From contig OX597828.1 in assembly GCA_951406725.2 (NCBI GenBank), forward strand, positions 51,894,001 through 51,958,000: a DNA stretch of 64,000 nt, written 5' to 3'. The position numbers and the translations under genes were made by a program. The notes beneath the pieces were generated by a model. It had not been told where the DNA came from, ran no database searches, and saw nothing but the letters and a program-made list of their open reading frames with translations. Shown one piece after another: positions 1 to 13,575 of this stretch (positions are counted from its first letter, which is position 1; each line of letters begins with the position of its first letter). This DNA is from Octopus vulgaris (lineage: Eukaryota).

Positions 1-63
1 TTCGAACTCGCGATCCCTCGACCGCGTGTCCGCTGCTCTAACCACTAGGCCATGTGCCTCCAC
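1..63 (-). mobile_element. SINE family C, tRNA-like head only (cut by window edge)
   Basis: Reverse complement gtggaggcacatggcctagtggttagagcagcggacacgcggtcgagggatcgcgagttcgaa has A-box and B-box motifs and matches the heads at 5231, 19117 and 59252. Confidence 0.8.
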
Positions 64-692
64 ACTTTGTCTATATAATATCACATAATATGCATTTGGC
101 ATACACTTCCAACTTTAATAGTAGATAACAAGCATATCACTTTCATTTCTCTGTTTTCTCATTCCACATTCCTTCTTTGATTCAAAGTAATTTTTAATCA
201 CATGCATTCCTACACTTCCTTAGTATCTTACTTATTTCATGTGTTTCTATCAAGCTTAAAATTTCGAAAAGTTTTGTGAATTCTATTTTTCTATTAGATA
301 ATGGTTTATATTAAACTTACTTCTTTAAACATGTTAGATCGCACTTGTAACAGCGAACACAAGAGCAATATTTTTACACAATTTTCGCTTCATAAATTCA
401 TATTTATCCTCCCGTAAATTTATAACAGCTTGTATGTAAGTCGTAATGCTTCACTTTCCAATTAGCTCTCAGGAAAACTTGAAGAGTGGATCTAGGTAAC
501 GCTGCTACTTCTGTCAGTACTTGAAGCATTGCTGCATGTGCGAGTGTATGTATGTAAGTATATATGTATATACAAATGATTGTATATACGTTTGTATGTT
601 TATATGTATGTAGGACTGCATGTAAGTACGTATGTTTGTATGTGTGTGAATATATAGATATTTGTGTATATATGTATACATCTATATGTAAT

Positions 693-1150
693 CTAAATAG
701 AGACTTCAAACTTGAAATCTTCAAAGCCACAGTCGAATCAATTCTACTATATGGCTCAGAAACCTGGACGTTATCAAAGAAGCTTGAGAGGTGGTTGGAT
801 GGAACCTACACTCGCCTCCTTATGAAAGCTCAAAATCTCTCGTGGAAGCGCCATCCAACCAAAATGCAAATATCTGGGAAACTACCACCTGTGTCATCTC
901 TTGTGAAAGGTAAGAGAGTCCAGTTTGCTAGACATTGTTGTAGAGCTGAAAAAGAGGTAATTTCTACTCTTCTCCTCTGGAAGCCATCTACTCGCAATAC
1001 CAGAGGGCGCACACTCTCCTACCCTGATGTAATCTCCAGGGATACAGGCATCCAGCAACAGGACCTCCGTAATGCCATGATGGACCGTGAAGTCTGGCGT
1101 AGCATGGTAAATTCCATTGTCTCGACCACGGTCGAACAATGATGATGATG
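693..1150 (+). mobile_element. 5'-truncated RTE-clade LINE (ORF C-terminus plus (TGA)n tail)
   Basis: Peptide FKATVESILLYGSETWTL...RVQFARHC...DREVWR is typical of the RTE post-RT region. Stop at 1142, then a (TGA)n tail. 9-bp TSD atatgtaat at 684-692 and 1151-1159. Confidence 0.9.
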
Positions 1151-1522
1151 ATATGTAATTAAGCATGTATATTTATATCAGTATACAAGTGTGTGTATGT
1201 GTATATATATGTATGTGTATGTGTGTGCATGTTTGTGCGTATCTATTTTTGTGTATATGTCTGTGTGTTTGTAAAGTATTATGTAGACCTAAGATGATAC
1301 ATCACGAATGAAAGCCATCTATTCCGGTCATGACTAGTTAAATCTGTTGCTCAAACATAAAGTATATCTTGGTCTACTAGTGTACAATTTGTAATATCGT
1401 AATACCTACTTTACTTATAAGACGGTGGAGTTGATTTGAGGAAGATTAGGGTTCTATTTCTAAAATGTCGAACGACCAATGAATTGCTAAGTGTTAGGAT
1501 ATAGACTAGCTTTATTCCTCAT

Positions 1523-1583
1523 TACCACCACCACCACCACTACCACCACCACCACTACCACCACCACCACTACCACCACCACC
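1523..1583 (+). repeat. (ACC)n microsatellite
   Basis: Direct reading. Confidence 0.95.
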
Positions 1584-1862
1584 AAAAAGGAAAATATTGC
1601 TATTAATAACAACAAAATGCGAGATTACAAAGCAAATTACAATCATACATACCCAAATATACTAAAAAAAAATACACACAGATCAAACATACACATACGC
1701 ACATATACATACATATATACATACATGTATACATATACAGTTAAGCAAATGCGCAGAAAACGACGTATAGAACAGCAGAATACAGAGGAATGCAAAACAC
1801 CTCAATATTTATATACACAAGAGATAATTGGATCGTTCAATAGATGGATATAAGATTAGGCA

Positions 1863-2095
<233 letters not shown>

Positions 2096-2375
2096 TATAT
2101 GTAGAAATGTTGATAGATAGGATGATAGATAGATAAATATTAAGATGGGAAGTGAGTCATAGAGACCATACAGATATAAGCACAATGACACCAGATGTAT
2201 CTCAAAGTGTGTGCTTGTACATAACGAAATAATATATACAAATACATAGAGGAGTTTAGAAGGAATACATGTAGTTAATTATGAGCTACCTATGTGTATG
2301 TTGAGATAGCTATGTCGATAGACAGAAAATCAAATAGTTGTATAAGTTCTAAGGTAGAGGTAAGTCAAATAATTT

Positions 2376-3018
<643 letters not shown>

Positions 3019-4326
3019 TGTTTCTTTATTAGCCACACAGGGCTGCACACAGATAGAACAAATTACAAGGTAGAGCTTTTCTTTTGAAGGTTTAAGAAAA
3101 AAAAAAAAAAAAAAAAGGAAGGGGGAGTTTCGATCAAAAGGGATCGTAAAAGGAGAGAAAGAGGACAAAAAAAAAGGGGGGTTTAAAAAAAGGGGGGAGG
3201 AAAAAAAATTGATCAATAGGGATCGTTATCACAGAAATGTCAATATGAAGTGTAAAGGGGAGGACAGGTGAGGTTTACCCGTGCAAAGAAAAGCCTACGG
3301 AAAAGACCACGGTAACCTCGGTCAATGATGTCACATTTTATATTTCTTTTTTTTTTTTTTTGCAAATAAGCAACTCTCTGTTTTCGATTTCTGGGTTCAT
3401 AGGACTATGCTCAAGGTGGCTTCGTCATTCATACGTGCCATTCTTGCTACATTCACCCATCTTTTTTAAAACATTCGCTAGACAAAACTTGCCTCTCTAC
3501 TCTCACTTTCCTTTTCAAGTGGTACTTGAAGAAGTTGATGAGAGATTGACCAGAGAGGAAAGTGTTTGTCTCCAATCCTTTCAGACGCGTCCACCAGATA
3601 CATTCCTTCGCCATAGCCACAAGGATGATGAAAATAGCTCTTCCTTCCCGTTTGAAGGAAGGAGGCGTGACAATATTGACGATAGACTCAGCTGATAAAC
3701 CGACTCGTCCCACACGTGACAGCAGTTGTTCGACATAAGCCCACAGGTCGGAAATTGTTGGACACTGAACGAGTGCGTGCAGAACGGTTTCGTCGCTCTG
3801 ACCGCATCTCGGGCAGGTCGGCCCCGTGTTTCTCGAGCCGTGTCTGTAGAGCTTATCCCGAACGGGTAGCGCTTCTCGGTAGCACTGCCAGGCCAGGGAT
3901 CTCTGGAAGTTGTCCATGGGCCCTGGCCCGAAAGTCGTCCTGAACAGGCGGGTCAGGTACTCCTCGTCGACGTCCAGGTTCGCCCCGAGCTCGTCGTCGT
4001 ACCTCCCCTCCACTAAACCCCTATAGAATGCTTTGGTTGTGTTGAAGTCACTTAAGGTCGACCCAGGACGGCAGAGTTGCTTGAGAGCAACGCGACACTC
4101 GCGGTGCCATTCGCCCTTCCTCGGCCTCTTTTTGATCCACGACTGCAGTTCGGTCATGGAGACGAGCTGCGGGAAAACGTGCCTCACAAACGGCGACCAC
4201 ACCTGTTCACCGTCGTCTACATAGAGCCAGAGATGCCGCAGTCTCAGCGCGTGTCTGCGCATCATCAACCACGGCATGCCCAGCCCTCCTTTTAACGGGT
4301 GTTGACAGCAAATGGATCGCCTGACC
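3019..4326 (-). mobile_element. 5'-truncated L1/Tx1-clade LINE (ORF2 C-terminus with zf-RVT, plus 3' UTR), embedded in (GATA)n
   Basis: Frame reads LVRRSICCQHPLKGGLGMPWL...LAWQCYREALPVRDKL...CPRCGQSDETVLHALVQC...IWWTR (GGLG motif and the C-x2-C..H..C zinc finger of L1/Tx1). The GC-rich body contrasts with the flanks. The 3' UTR ends aataaagaaaca(tatc)n, and both junctions abut GATA arrays. Confidence 0.88.
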
Positions 4327-4423
<97 letters not shown>

Positions 4424-4886
4424 CAAAGGAATAAAACTTACGCGACAGTAACAGAGAAGAAAAGAGAGAAGGATGTGAAGTTCTGAAGGAAAGATATAGA
4501 TTGAGTGAGATATTGCGAGGTGAACAAAGAGCCGATAGTTAGACATAAGAATAATTATATTGTTAGATAATGACATATAATGGCTGAATAGAAAATAACG
4601 TTACAAGGTATTTTTGAATGGCAGGATTCCCTGAAGATCCTTCCATATTGCATATTAGATGGAGAATAACTGATAACGAATACTTCCGACAGCTGAAAAG
4701 CTGAATTAGTAAGTCATAGCACTTTAATAAATGATTACAATGATGAAGTGATTCTATTGACACGTTGTTTCATATGATTGTTACTGGTTCCTAAAAGGAA
4801 GATCTACGATGGTCACGGTAGTGCAATTCTTTATGAAAACCTTAGCATTGTCTTAACAGGGAATACACGCACACAGACATACACGC

Positions 4887-4955
<69 letters not shown>

Positions 4956-5137
4956 TACATCCACACATTCATGTATCAGAGTATCTGTATGTTTAGATGT
5001 GTGTGTGTGTGTGTTGGGAGAGAGCGTGCACAATATGCTATGTATAAGTGCTGGAAAACATACAAGTGTATGTATGCAAGCTCGTATGTATACGCATAAC
5101 GAAACAGAAAGAGCTCGAGAGAAACATAATCCTATAT

Positions 5138-5174
<37 letters not shown>

Positions 5175-5230
5175 CTAGCGCGAATTTATACACACACACA
5201 AACACGTGTGTGTTCGTGTATTCAATATTT

Positions 5231-5622
5231 TGTGGAGGCGCAATGGCCCAGTGGTTAGGGCAGCGGACTCGGGGTCATAGGATCGCGGTTTCGATTCCCA
5301 GACCGGACGTTGTGAGTGTTTATTGAGCGAAAACACCTAAAGCTCCACGAGGCTCCGGCAGGGGATGGTGGTGATCCCTGCTGTACTCTTTCACCACAAC
5401 TTTCTCTCACTCTTACTTCCTGTTTCTGTTGTACCTGTATTTCAAAGGGCCGGCCTTGTCACTCTCTGTGTCACGCTGAATATCCCCGAGAACTACGTTA
5501 AGGGTGCACGTGTCTGTGGAGTGCTCAGTCACTTACACGTTAATTTCACGAGCAGGCTGTTCCGTTGATTCGGATCAACCGGAACCCTCGTCGACGTAAC
5601 CGACGGAGTGCTTCCATCCATC
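5231..5622 (+). mobile_element. Full-length SINE family C (tRNA-derived head, tail type 1)
   Basis: A box tggcccagtgg, B box ggtttcgattccc. Near-identical inverted copy at 26373-26750. (TCCA)n end. Confidence 0.88.
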
Positions 5623-5800
5623 CATTCAATATTTTATGCATATGATCTGATATAAGACGAATTGGAAACGATTGCTCGAATATTTCTTCGCACTTTCTGA
5701 CGGTTTCGTACGCCGAAATCGCTAGTCACAGTAATGCATGGCACTTCACCTTTTGATAACGGCAGTAAGTTCAATACACTCAGCTCATTAGCGGTCGACA

Positions 5801-5846
5801 TTCTAGAACACCAATGTTTCGACATATTTTGCCACGTCAGCCAGAA
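5801..5846 (-). ncRNA. Minimal type I hammerhead ribozyme-like motif (A9U variant)
   Basis: Reverse complement: ttctgg CTGACGT ggca-aaata-tgtc GAAA c-attggt-g TT ctagaa. Stems I, II and III all pair. Confidence 0.5.
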
Positions 5847-6235
5847 GTAACAGGGATCTTTACACATACATATATACATACATGCATACATACATTTATA
5901 CATAAATAACAAAAATACATACATACGTATATGCATACATACAATCATGCTTACATACATACATACATACATACATACAATCATGCATACATACATATGA
6001 GTATACAGGAAATTTTATACAGGACAGAATGGACCGGCTTCATCAGAAACACTACAATCGTTTCGACGCATCAGTATCAACTGCTAATAGCTGTATTTGA
6101 GAAACATGTACGTTCTTGCATTAATGTGAGTCAACATTAGCTGTACACCTGCACGTCTTCCAGAGAGTAGGGTCCTGAGCACTGCATTTACAGTAGATAT
6201 AAGTAAAAGAAATAGCATATATTAAATATATATTG

Positions 6236-6640
<405 letters not shown>

Positions 6641-7419
6641 ATACATATACAAACACACGCTCACACACATACATAGAAAATACACAAACACGGACATGCA
6701 AGCACATGAATATGCAGAATACATACATACAGATGCACACACATACATACATACATACATACATACATACATACATACATACATACATACATACATACAT
6801 GCATGCATACATGCATAGGGGGACACACACACATGCGCACAAAGAAACAAAAAGGAACGCTGTGTAAATAACGGACAGAGTCAAGACTATTGAAAAGATT
6901 GCAAGACGCAACGAAAATTTTAGGAAAATATAAATAAGAAATAAATGGAAATTTTACCGGTGAGTGTGTTAAAATATAAGGCACAAATAGAAAATGACTC
7001 TCCCCAGACACAACAGTATATATATATAATCACAAAGGATACGGAGTCTGGTACATTTTCAAATCTTTCTTTTAAGTTAACAGAGTATATTTATGCGTGA
7101 CTAGTTTATTTCATTATTCTGCTATGGTTTAAAATACAAAAGGAAAATGAAAGGGAGATGTTGAAATCCGATATCGCTATAGAATTTACTTTGTATCTGA
7201 CCTCTTCACCAGTACAAATTTGAAAATTCTATGCTTTACATTATCTCAAAGTATATCTGAACATTCTTATGTAGCTTCATCGAAGGAATTCTGTTATTTA
7301 TAATTAAGATTTTCATATGAAAGATGCAGTTGTTAATAGAATTTTATATTGATTGGAAGCTACTGTGTCCTATATATATTGTTATGATTTATAAAAAAGA
7401 TATTCTAGGCTAGTGATAA

Positions 7420-7570
7420 TAACCCTTTCTACTAAGAGCACAAGGCCTGAAATTTGTTAGGAGGGGATTAGTCGTTTACATCGACTTCGGTGTTTCACTG
7501 GTACTTAATTTATCGACCCCCAAAGGACGAAAGCAATTCGAACGCGGTAGAATTTGGAACTCAGAACACA
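7420..7570 (-). mobile_element. Degraded SINE family B
   Basis: gcacaaggcctgaaattt...ctggtacttaatttatcgacccc...gaactcagaac matches the family B reverse complement. Confidence 0.7.
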
Positions 7571-7599
7571 AGGCCAGTGATAATAATACTAACAATAAC

Positions 7600-8098
7600 T
7601 ATCTGAAAGTTAACCAAACTGTCCCGAGGTTCAATGAAGGTGTCTAGCAGAATATTGTAAGTTATGCCACTGCACATGCTCCGTGCAGCAGAAACACGTG
7701 TCGCTCATTTAACTGAGTAATTATGCTGAATTAAAAGAAAAGTTTGAAGAAGTATAAATATCCGTATTCTTTGTAAATTTTTGGATTTACTGTCCCGAAA
7801 ATATTCAAAATCCAGCGAAGCGAACATGGGTTTCCCACCAAAGGAATTACAATGGGATTGCTCAAACTAAGCGATTCTTGTGCTTCTTACTCTCCATGTA
7901 GTTAGCCGGAACTTGGGACTATACGTGAGACCTCTATGCGCATGAGTGGTGACGCATGTGTCAGAACAGGTCAGAAGTCAGGCTGGTTGTCCTGTATGTC
8001 AATCAAGTGACAAATTGATGGATGATAGGCCGACGTCTCTGTTTTTTAATGCCATGCGATCTGCCAGTAGATCGCGATCGACGTATTGGGCACTCCTG
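7600..8098 (+). mobile_element. Probable hAT DNA-transposon right-end remnant
   Basis: Ends gcgatctgccagtagatcgcgatcgacgtattgggcactcctg, resembling Charlie-type hAT termini (CAGG...CCTG). The upstream sequence is only weakly transposase-like, and the left boundary is uncertain. Confidence 0.45.
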
Positions 8099-8121
8099 AT
8101 ACACACATACACACATATGTA

Positions 8122-8246
<125 letters not shown>

Positions 8247-8247
8247 C

Positions 8248-8575
8248 CAGGCGCATGGTTCAGTGGTTAGAGCGTAGAGCTTATGATCGTGGGTTCGATT
8301 CCCGGACCGGGCTGCATGTTGTGTTCTTGAACAAGACACTTTATTTCACTTTGCTCCAGTTAAGTCAGCTGTAGAAATGAGTTGCAATATCAATGGTGCC
8401 AAGCTGTATCGGCCCCGTTGCTTTTCCCTTGGATAACATCAGTGGTGTGGAGAAGGGAGACTGGTATGCATGGGCGACTGGTGGCTTTCCATAAGCAAAC
8501 TTGCTCGGACTTGTGCCTCGGAAGGTAACTTTCTAAGTGCAATCCCATGGTCATTCATGACCGAAAGGGGTCTTC
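8248..8575 (+). mobile_element. Full-length SINE family D
   Basis: tRNA-like head (tggttcagtggttagagc...ggttcgattcc) plus gtgttcttgaacaagacactttatttcac core. Full homolog at 50546-50870. Confidence 0.85.
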
Positions 8576-8847
8576 TCCTCCTCCTCATAGCTCAGTTGTA
8601 AATGATAAATGGGAGAGTTCGACATCATCTCAGATCCATTAGCAGTCATCTCGGACGGCAAGCAATCTTCATATTTCCGGTAACTTTGCTGAATATATAC
8701 AATTCTTGCCGGCAAAGGCCACCAACTGTCTGCCTTCCTGGATTCTCGTTCATCTTATATACATACACAAGTATGTTTGGTAATATTTTGGATTCTGATA
8801 ATAGTATGTGTTGTCTATCTAGAGAGATATTATAATTTATACCTTAA

Positions 8848-9458
8848 GGCGGCGAGGTGGCAGAAAGGTTAGCATGCCGGGCGAAGTGCGTAGCCGTATT
8901 TCATCTGCCGTTACGAACTGAGTTCAAATTCCGCTGAGGTCAATTTGCCTCTCATCCTTTCGGGGTCGATAAATTAAATACCAGTTACGCTCTGGGGTCG
9001 ATGTAATCGACTTAATCCGTTTGTCTGTCCTTGTTTGTCCCCTCTGTGTTCAGTCCCTTGTGGGTAGTAAAGAAATAGGTATTTCGTCTGCCGCTACGTT
9101 CTGAGTTATTCCGCCGAGGTCGACTCAGCCTTTCATCATTTCAGGGTCGATTAAATAAGTACCAGTTACGCACTGGTGTCGATATAATCGACTTAATCCC
9201 TTTGTCTGTCCTTGTTTGTCCCCTCTATGTTTAGCCCCTTGTGGGCAATAAAGAAATAAGAAACGTTAGCATGCCAGAAGAAGTTCTTAACTGTATTTTG
9301 CCCGTCACTACGTTCCGAGTTCAAATTCCGCTGAGGTCGACTTTGCCTTTCATCCTTGCGGGGTTCATAAATTAAGTGCCAGTTGCGTACTGGGGTCGGA
9401 CAAATCGCCTGGCCTCCTCCCCACCCCCAAATTTCAGGCCTTGTGCCTATAGTAGAAT
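8848..9458 (+). mobile_element. Head-to-tail trimer of SINE family B
   Basis: Units 8848-9077, 9078-9258 and 9259-9458, each with gagttcaaattccg..gaggtcgac..gcctttcatcc..ggggtcgataaattaagtaccag. The first two end ...aaagaaata; the third ends aggccttgtgcctatagtagaa. Confidence 0.88.
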
Positions 9459-9661
9459 GATTTATAGTCTATACCAGATTCTTTAGACATTGGATTCTGG
9501 AAATTTAATGCTTCATTTATTTTATTTTTTAATTGTTCTGTTCAAGTTATTCAATTTATGATGGTAGTTTTGCAATGAGCGGTATGGACTTACATCCTAA
9601 TTTAACGATATAGGATATATACGTTGCATCTTTCTCTCTCTCTCAGTTTCTATCCATCCAG

Positions 9662-9724
<63 letters not shown>

Positions 9725-9769
9725 ACTATCTATCTATCTATCTATCTCTCTATCTATCTCTCTCTCTCT

Positions 9770-9816
<47 letters not shown>

Positions 9817-10182
9817 TCTCTCCCACTCGTTCTCACTCTTTGTGTGTATATATACATATACACAGACACACATATACATAGGGTGCTCTGCAGATGTATG
9901 GGTATACGTGAGTGTATGTTTGTAAATGTATGTATGCATCTGTTTTTATGCTAGTGTGTGAGAGAGAGTGTGTGTGTGTTTGTGTCTGTGCGTGTAACAG
10001 AATCATAATGCTTCTTATCGATACTTGCATTGAAACAATTTTGTTCTATACTGGTGAGTAATAGAATTCGCTCTTACCAAAGATAGAGAAAGATACAGGT
10101 ACCGAAACAAATGATCAACAATGCTTTCTATTATTAGTTTCTTTCTTTCTTTCTTATTTATTTATTTATTTATTTTCTGCAG

Positions 10183-10549
10183 AATCTTTTTCCATGAAAG
10201 AAAAAAAAAATTGAAACCTTAATTGCACAAGCATAGACATTTCCAGCTGGCAGCGGTGCACGGTCAAAGAGATTAATTCTGATTGGACAAGCTCTGAGAA
10301 AATCTCAAATAGAAGTAGTCGATCTTTTGTATCACAAATCTAAAGCTACAAAGCCTTATCTCGTTGAAGAAGATTTGAGAAGGACATACATTTGCCAAGT
10401 TAATGAGAAGCTAGCCATTTTCAATATCAGATTTAGCGAAGCAGTTGACAAGGCTATGAATATGGACAATCGGTGAAAGCCGATTATCCTGTGCTGAGTG
10501 CACAAGAATTATTGTCACTGTGGAGAGTGATGAAGAAGGAGCAGTGGAT
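10183..10549 (+). pseudogene. Possible decayed coding exon of unknown origin
   Basis: Polypyrimidine tract ending ttttctgcAG at 10182 and donor GTGAGT at 10550. About 80 open codons (TFPAGSGARSKRLILIGQALRK...DKAMNMDNR), then a shifted frame VKADYPVLSAQELLSLWRVMKKEQW. One in-frame stop. Confidence 0.3.
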
Positions 10550-10816
10550 GTGAGTACATTCTGTGCAAAATACCGATAACTTGTTTCTGATAGGCCGTTA
10601 TGAAATTAAAATTTCACATAGTATCTTGATAGCCTTGAGGAAAAGCGTGTACGACGCAGATAATGTTTCCCGTAACCTACAGAATTTCTGAAGAAATTTC
10701 TTTAGAAGTTATTCTTTAGAATTCCATGGAAATCTGTCATTTATCTACGACGACTATATTAGATTGCATCATTTCAATTATATACGCGCATAAACTCTAT
10801 CGTAAATATATATATC

Positions 10817-10889
<73 letters not shown>

Positions 10890-11156
10890 ATGTATATATG
10901 TGTGTGTATATATATATATCTGTGTGTGCATATTTGTTATTGTGTCAAGTTATATGTTAAATGAATTTTACATTAAGCTAAAAAGGTTATTCAATAAAGT
11001 ATAAGTTTTATCAACTTTTGAAAAAAGAAACATTGCTAGTGACTTCGAAGTTTTGGCTTACTCCATGAAGATGAGCAAGTCGAAACAACGAGGTAAGTTT
11101 CAAACTTTTCCTTGTGTAAAAGTTTATATGTACACATACATATATATATATACTTT

Positions 11157-11209
<53 letters not shown>

Positions 11210-11392
11210 AAATACATACAAACAAATATTGTATGTTTGCTTACAACTACGGCCGTCAATCGCAGGTGTGTATGACTAGATAGTATTATCATTCTTTTAC
11301 TATTTGTTTTAGGTTTCCTTTCACCCCTCCCACACTTCACCCCTCCATAATATGTAGAAGGACAAGTGAAAAGACAGAAAGAGAGAAAGTTG

Positions 11393-11427
<35 letters not shown>

Positions 11428-12255
11428 CATATGAATTTGAAGAGCTCCTATTTCTTTTTCGACCCTGATAAGATGAAATGTATAATGAGCGCCACCACGA
11501 TTTGAACCCAGTGCACAGATACCTGGAGCTAATATCGCATTATATTGTGTCCAACGATCGAACAACTCTGCCACAGGATTGTGTATATTTTACTATACCT
11601 AAACTGTACATATACTGTCCTATACTATAGGGATATGATTATCTCTGTTGTGTGGTGGTTGAGATTTATTGTTCTTCGTCCAACATAAAGTGTGTGATTC
11701 GTGCTAACTACAGCTATTTTCTTATATATATTATACTAAAGTATGACCACTTCCTTGCTGTTTATTTTTCGTTAGCGCCATTTTTATCACACCCAGACAA
11801 CTACGTATCATTGATGTCGTGTTTTCTCGCATATCGCACGATTTGCTTATTTCTTTTTATGATATTCTTCTTTGAAGGCTTTCTTACTTCCTTCCGAACG
11901 ATATTTTGGTCAGAAGCAATCAAAGTGCATATGAAATGTCTTGATGCATTTAGTTAACATTGTTTACTTTGGTTTCTCTATCAGTCTGGACAGGCATGTC
12001 TGCAAGTGTGGCAGCCATGTCGTTTTAACTTACCGGATTTTGTGCGTGCTTATCAAATTTATTTTAAGATTTCATGTAAAAGAGTCTCCTCAAGGCTACT
12101 TATTCACTCATCTGTCGTGTGAATATATATTGTCCTAGCGATGATTGTCCGCTCGGAAATAATTTCTTTCTTACATGTTTTTGATATGTTGCGTTTATAG
12201 CTTTTATCCTCTACATGTACGATAATATATGGGTATACATACATATATACATATG

Positions 12256-12298
<43 letters not shown>

Positions 12299-12321
12299 GT
12301 ATGTATGTATGTATGTATGTA

Positions 12322-12384
<63 letters not shown>

Positions 12385-12559
12385 TAAATTAGAGATAAAA
12401 CCACTATTAGGCAACTCCAACAGTGATAGACATAAACCAATACATAAATAACAAAAAATATATAATTAATATAATATATAATATATATATAAAATATAGA
12501 AATTAAAATTGAAATTATTTAATCTTTTATTTTTTTTAAAATTTGGATATTCTCCCTAA

Positions 12560-12644
<85 letters not shown>

Positions 12645-12659
12645 TGTGTGTTTGTGTGT

Positions 12660-13489
12660 AGCAATATTATTTTATTCACTTCGATTTACATGTTTACGTT
12701 TTTATCATCTTCAAAGTATTCTCCATAGGAAGCAATGTTCGAAGCAGTGAAGGAACACTTGCCAAGTGATGCCTGTTAACACATCCGTCGCTAGTTTCTT
12801 CCCCTCTTCCACATTTGAAAATTCCATAGCACCAGCATTTCGTCACCAGTGATGACCTTCCAAATAAGGTCCGGAACAACTACCAAATGTTCACAGTTCA
12901 CGACACGATCTTCCAGGAGCAAGTGAGTTACAAATTTTATTGCAACATTTTCATTCCCAATTCTTCGCTCAAAATTCGCTGGCAAGTGCTTCAGGGCACA
13001 CCAGTCATATCCAACAAATTAAGCAATTATTCGGTGATGGTCCTCCAAGATCAGTTCATGAATTTTCATAATGTTTTCTTTCGTTCGGGAGGTTGATGGT
13101 CGCCCTGAAAGAGTTTGGTCTTCAAGCGACAAGCGACCATTCCTAAAGCGTGAAAACTAGTAATAGACTTGTGTTTTTTTTTTTATGGCACAGCATCTTT
13201 ATAAGCAATTTGAAGCATGATAACTTTTCGACCGCTGTTTTCCCCAGCAGAAAACAAAATTTCACGGAAATACGCTGTTTATCTTGTTTCGCCCATCGCA
13301 AAAGTCGAGGAACAGTGGAGAAGAACTACAAGAGTAAGACACGCCACTTGGCAGTGTTACTTAACGCGACAACGCCGATCGGAAGACTGGTGCCTGTCGA
13401 ATCAAGTGGTTTCTAGCAGCGGAAGCTTTAATTACAATGGGCTTTTCCCACAGTGAACATTTCCGTTTACTTTTGGGTACCTCCTCGTA
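12660..13489 (-). mobile_element. Internally deleted, degraded mariner transposon
   Basis: TA followed by TIR start cgaggaggtacccaaaag at 13487. Frames give GRPSTSRTKENIMKIHELILED, CQRILSEELGMK, KFVTHLL and KVITGDE..WCYG, fused to C-terminal FSNVEE and IASYGEYFEDD. Confidence 0.85.
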
Positions 13490-13527
13490 TATACACACAC
13501 ACACAGACACACACAAACACACACAAG

Positions 13528-13569
<42 letters not shown>

Positions 13570-13575
13570 GCATAA

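Noticed and set aside
5234-5310. tRNA genes at SINE heads
   Set aside because: A/B boxes are present, but there is no intact acceptor stem, and the sequence continues into repeated SINE bodies.
8848-9458. CRISPR-like repeat-spacer array
   Set aside because: Units are 180-230-bp SINE copies with homologous interiors; eukaryotic context and no cas genes.
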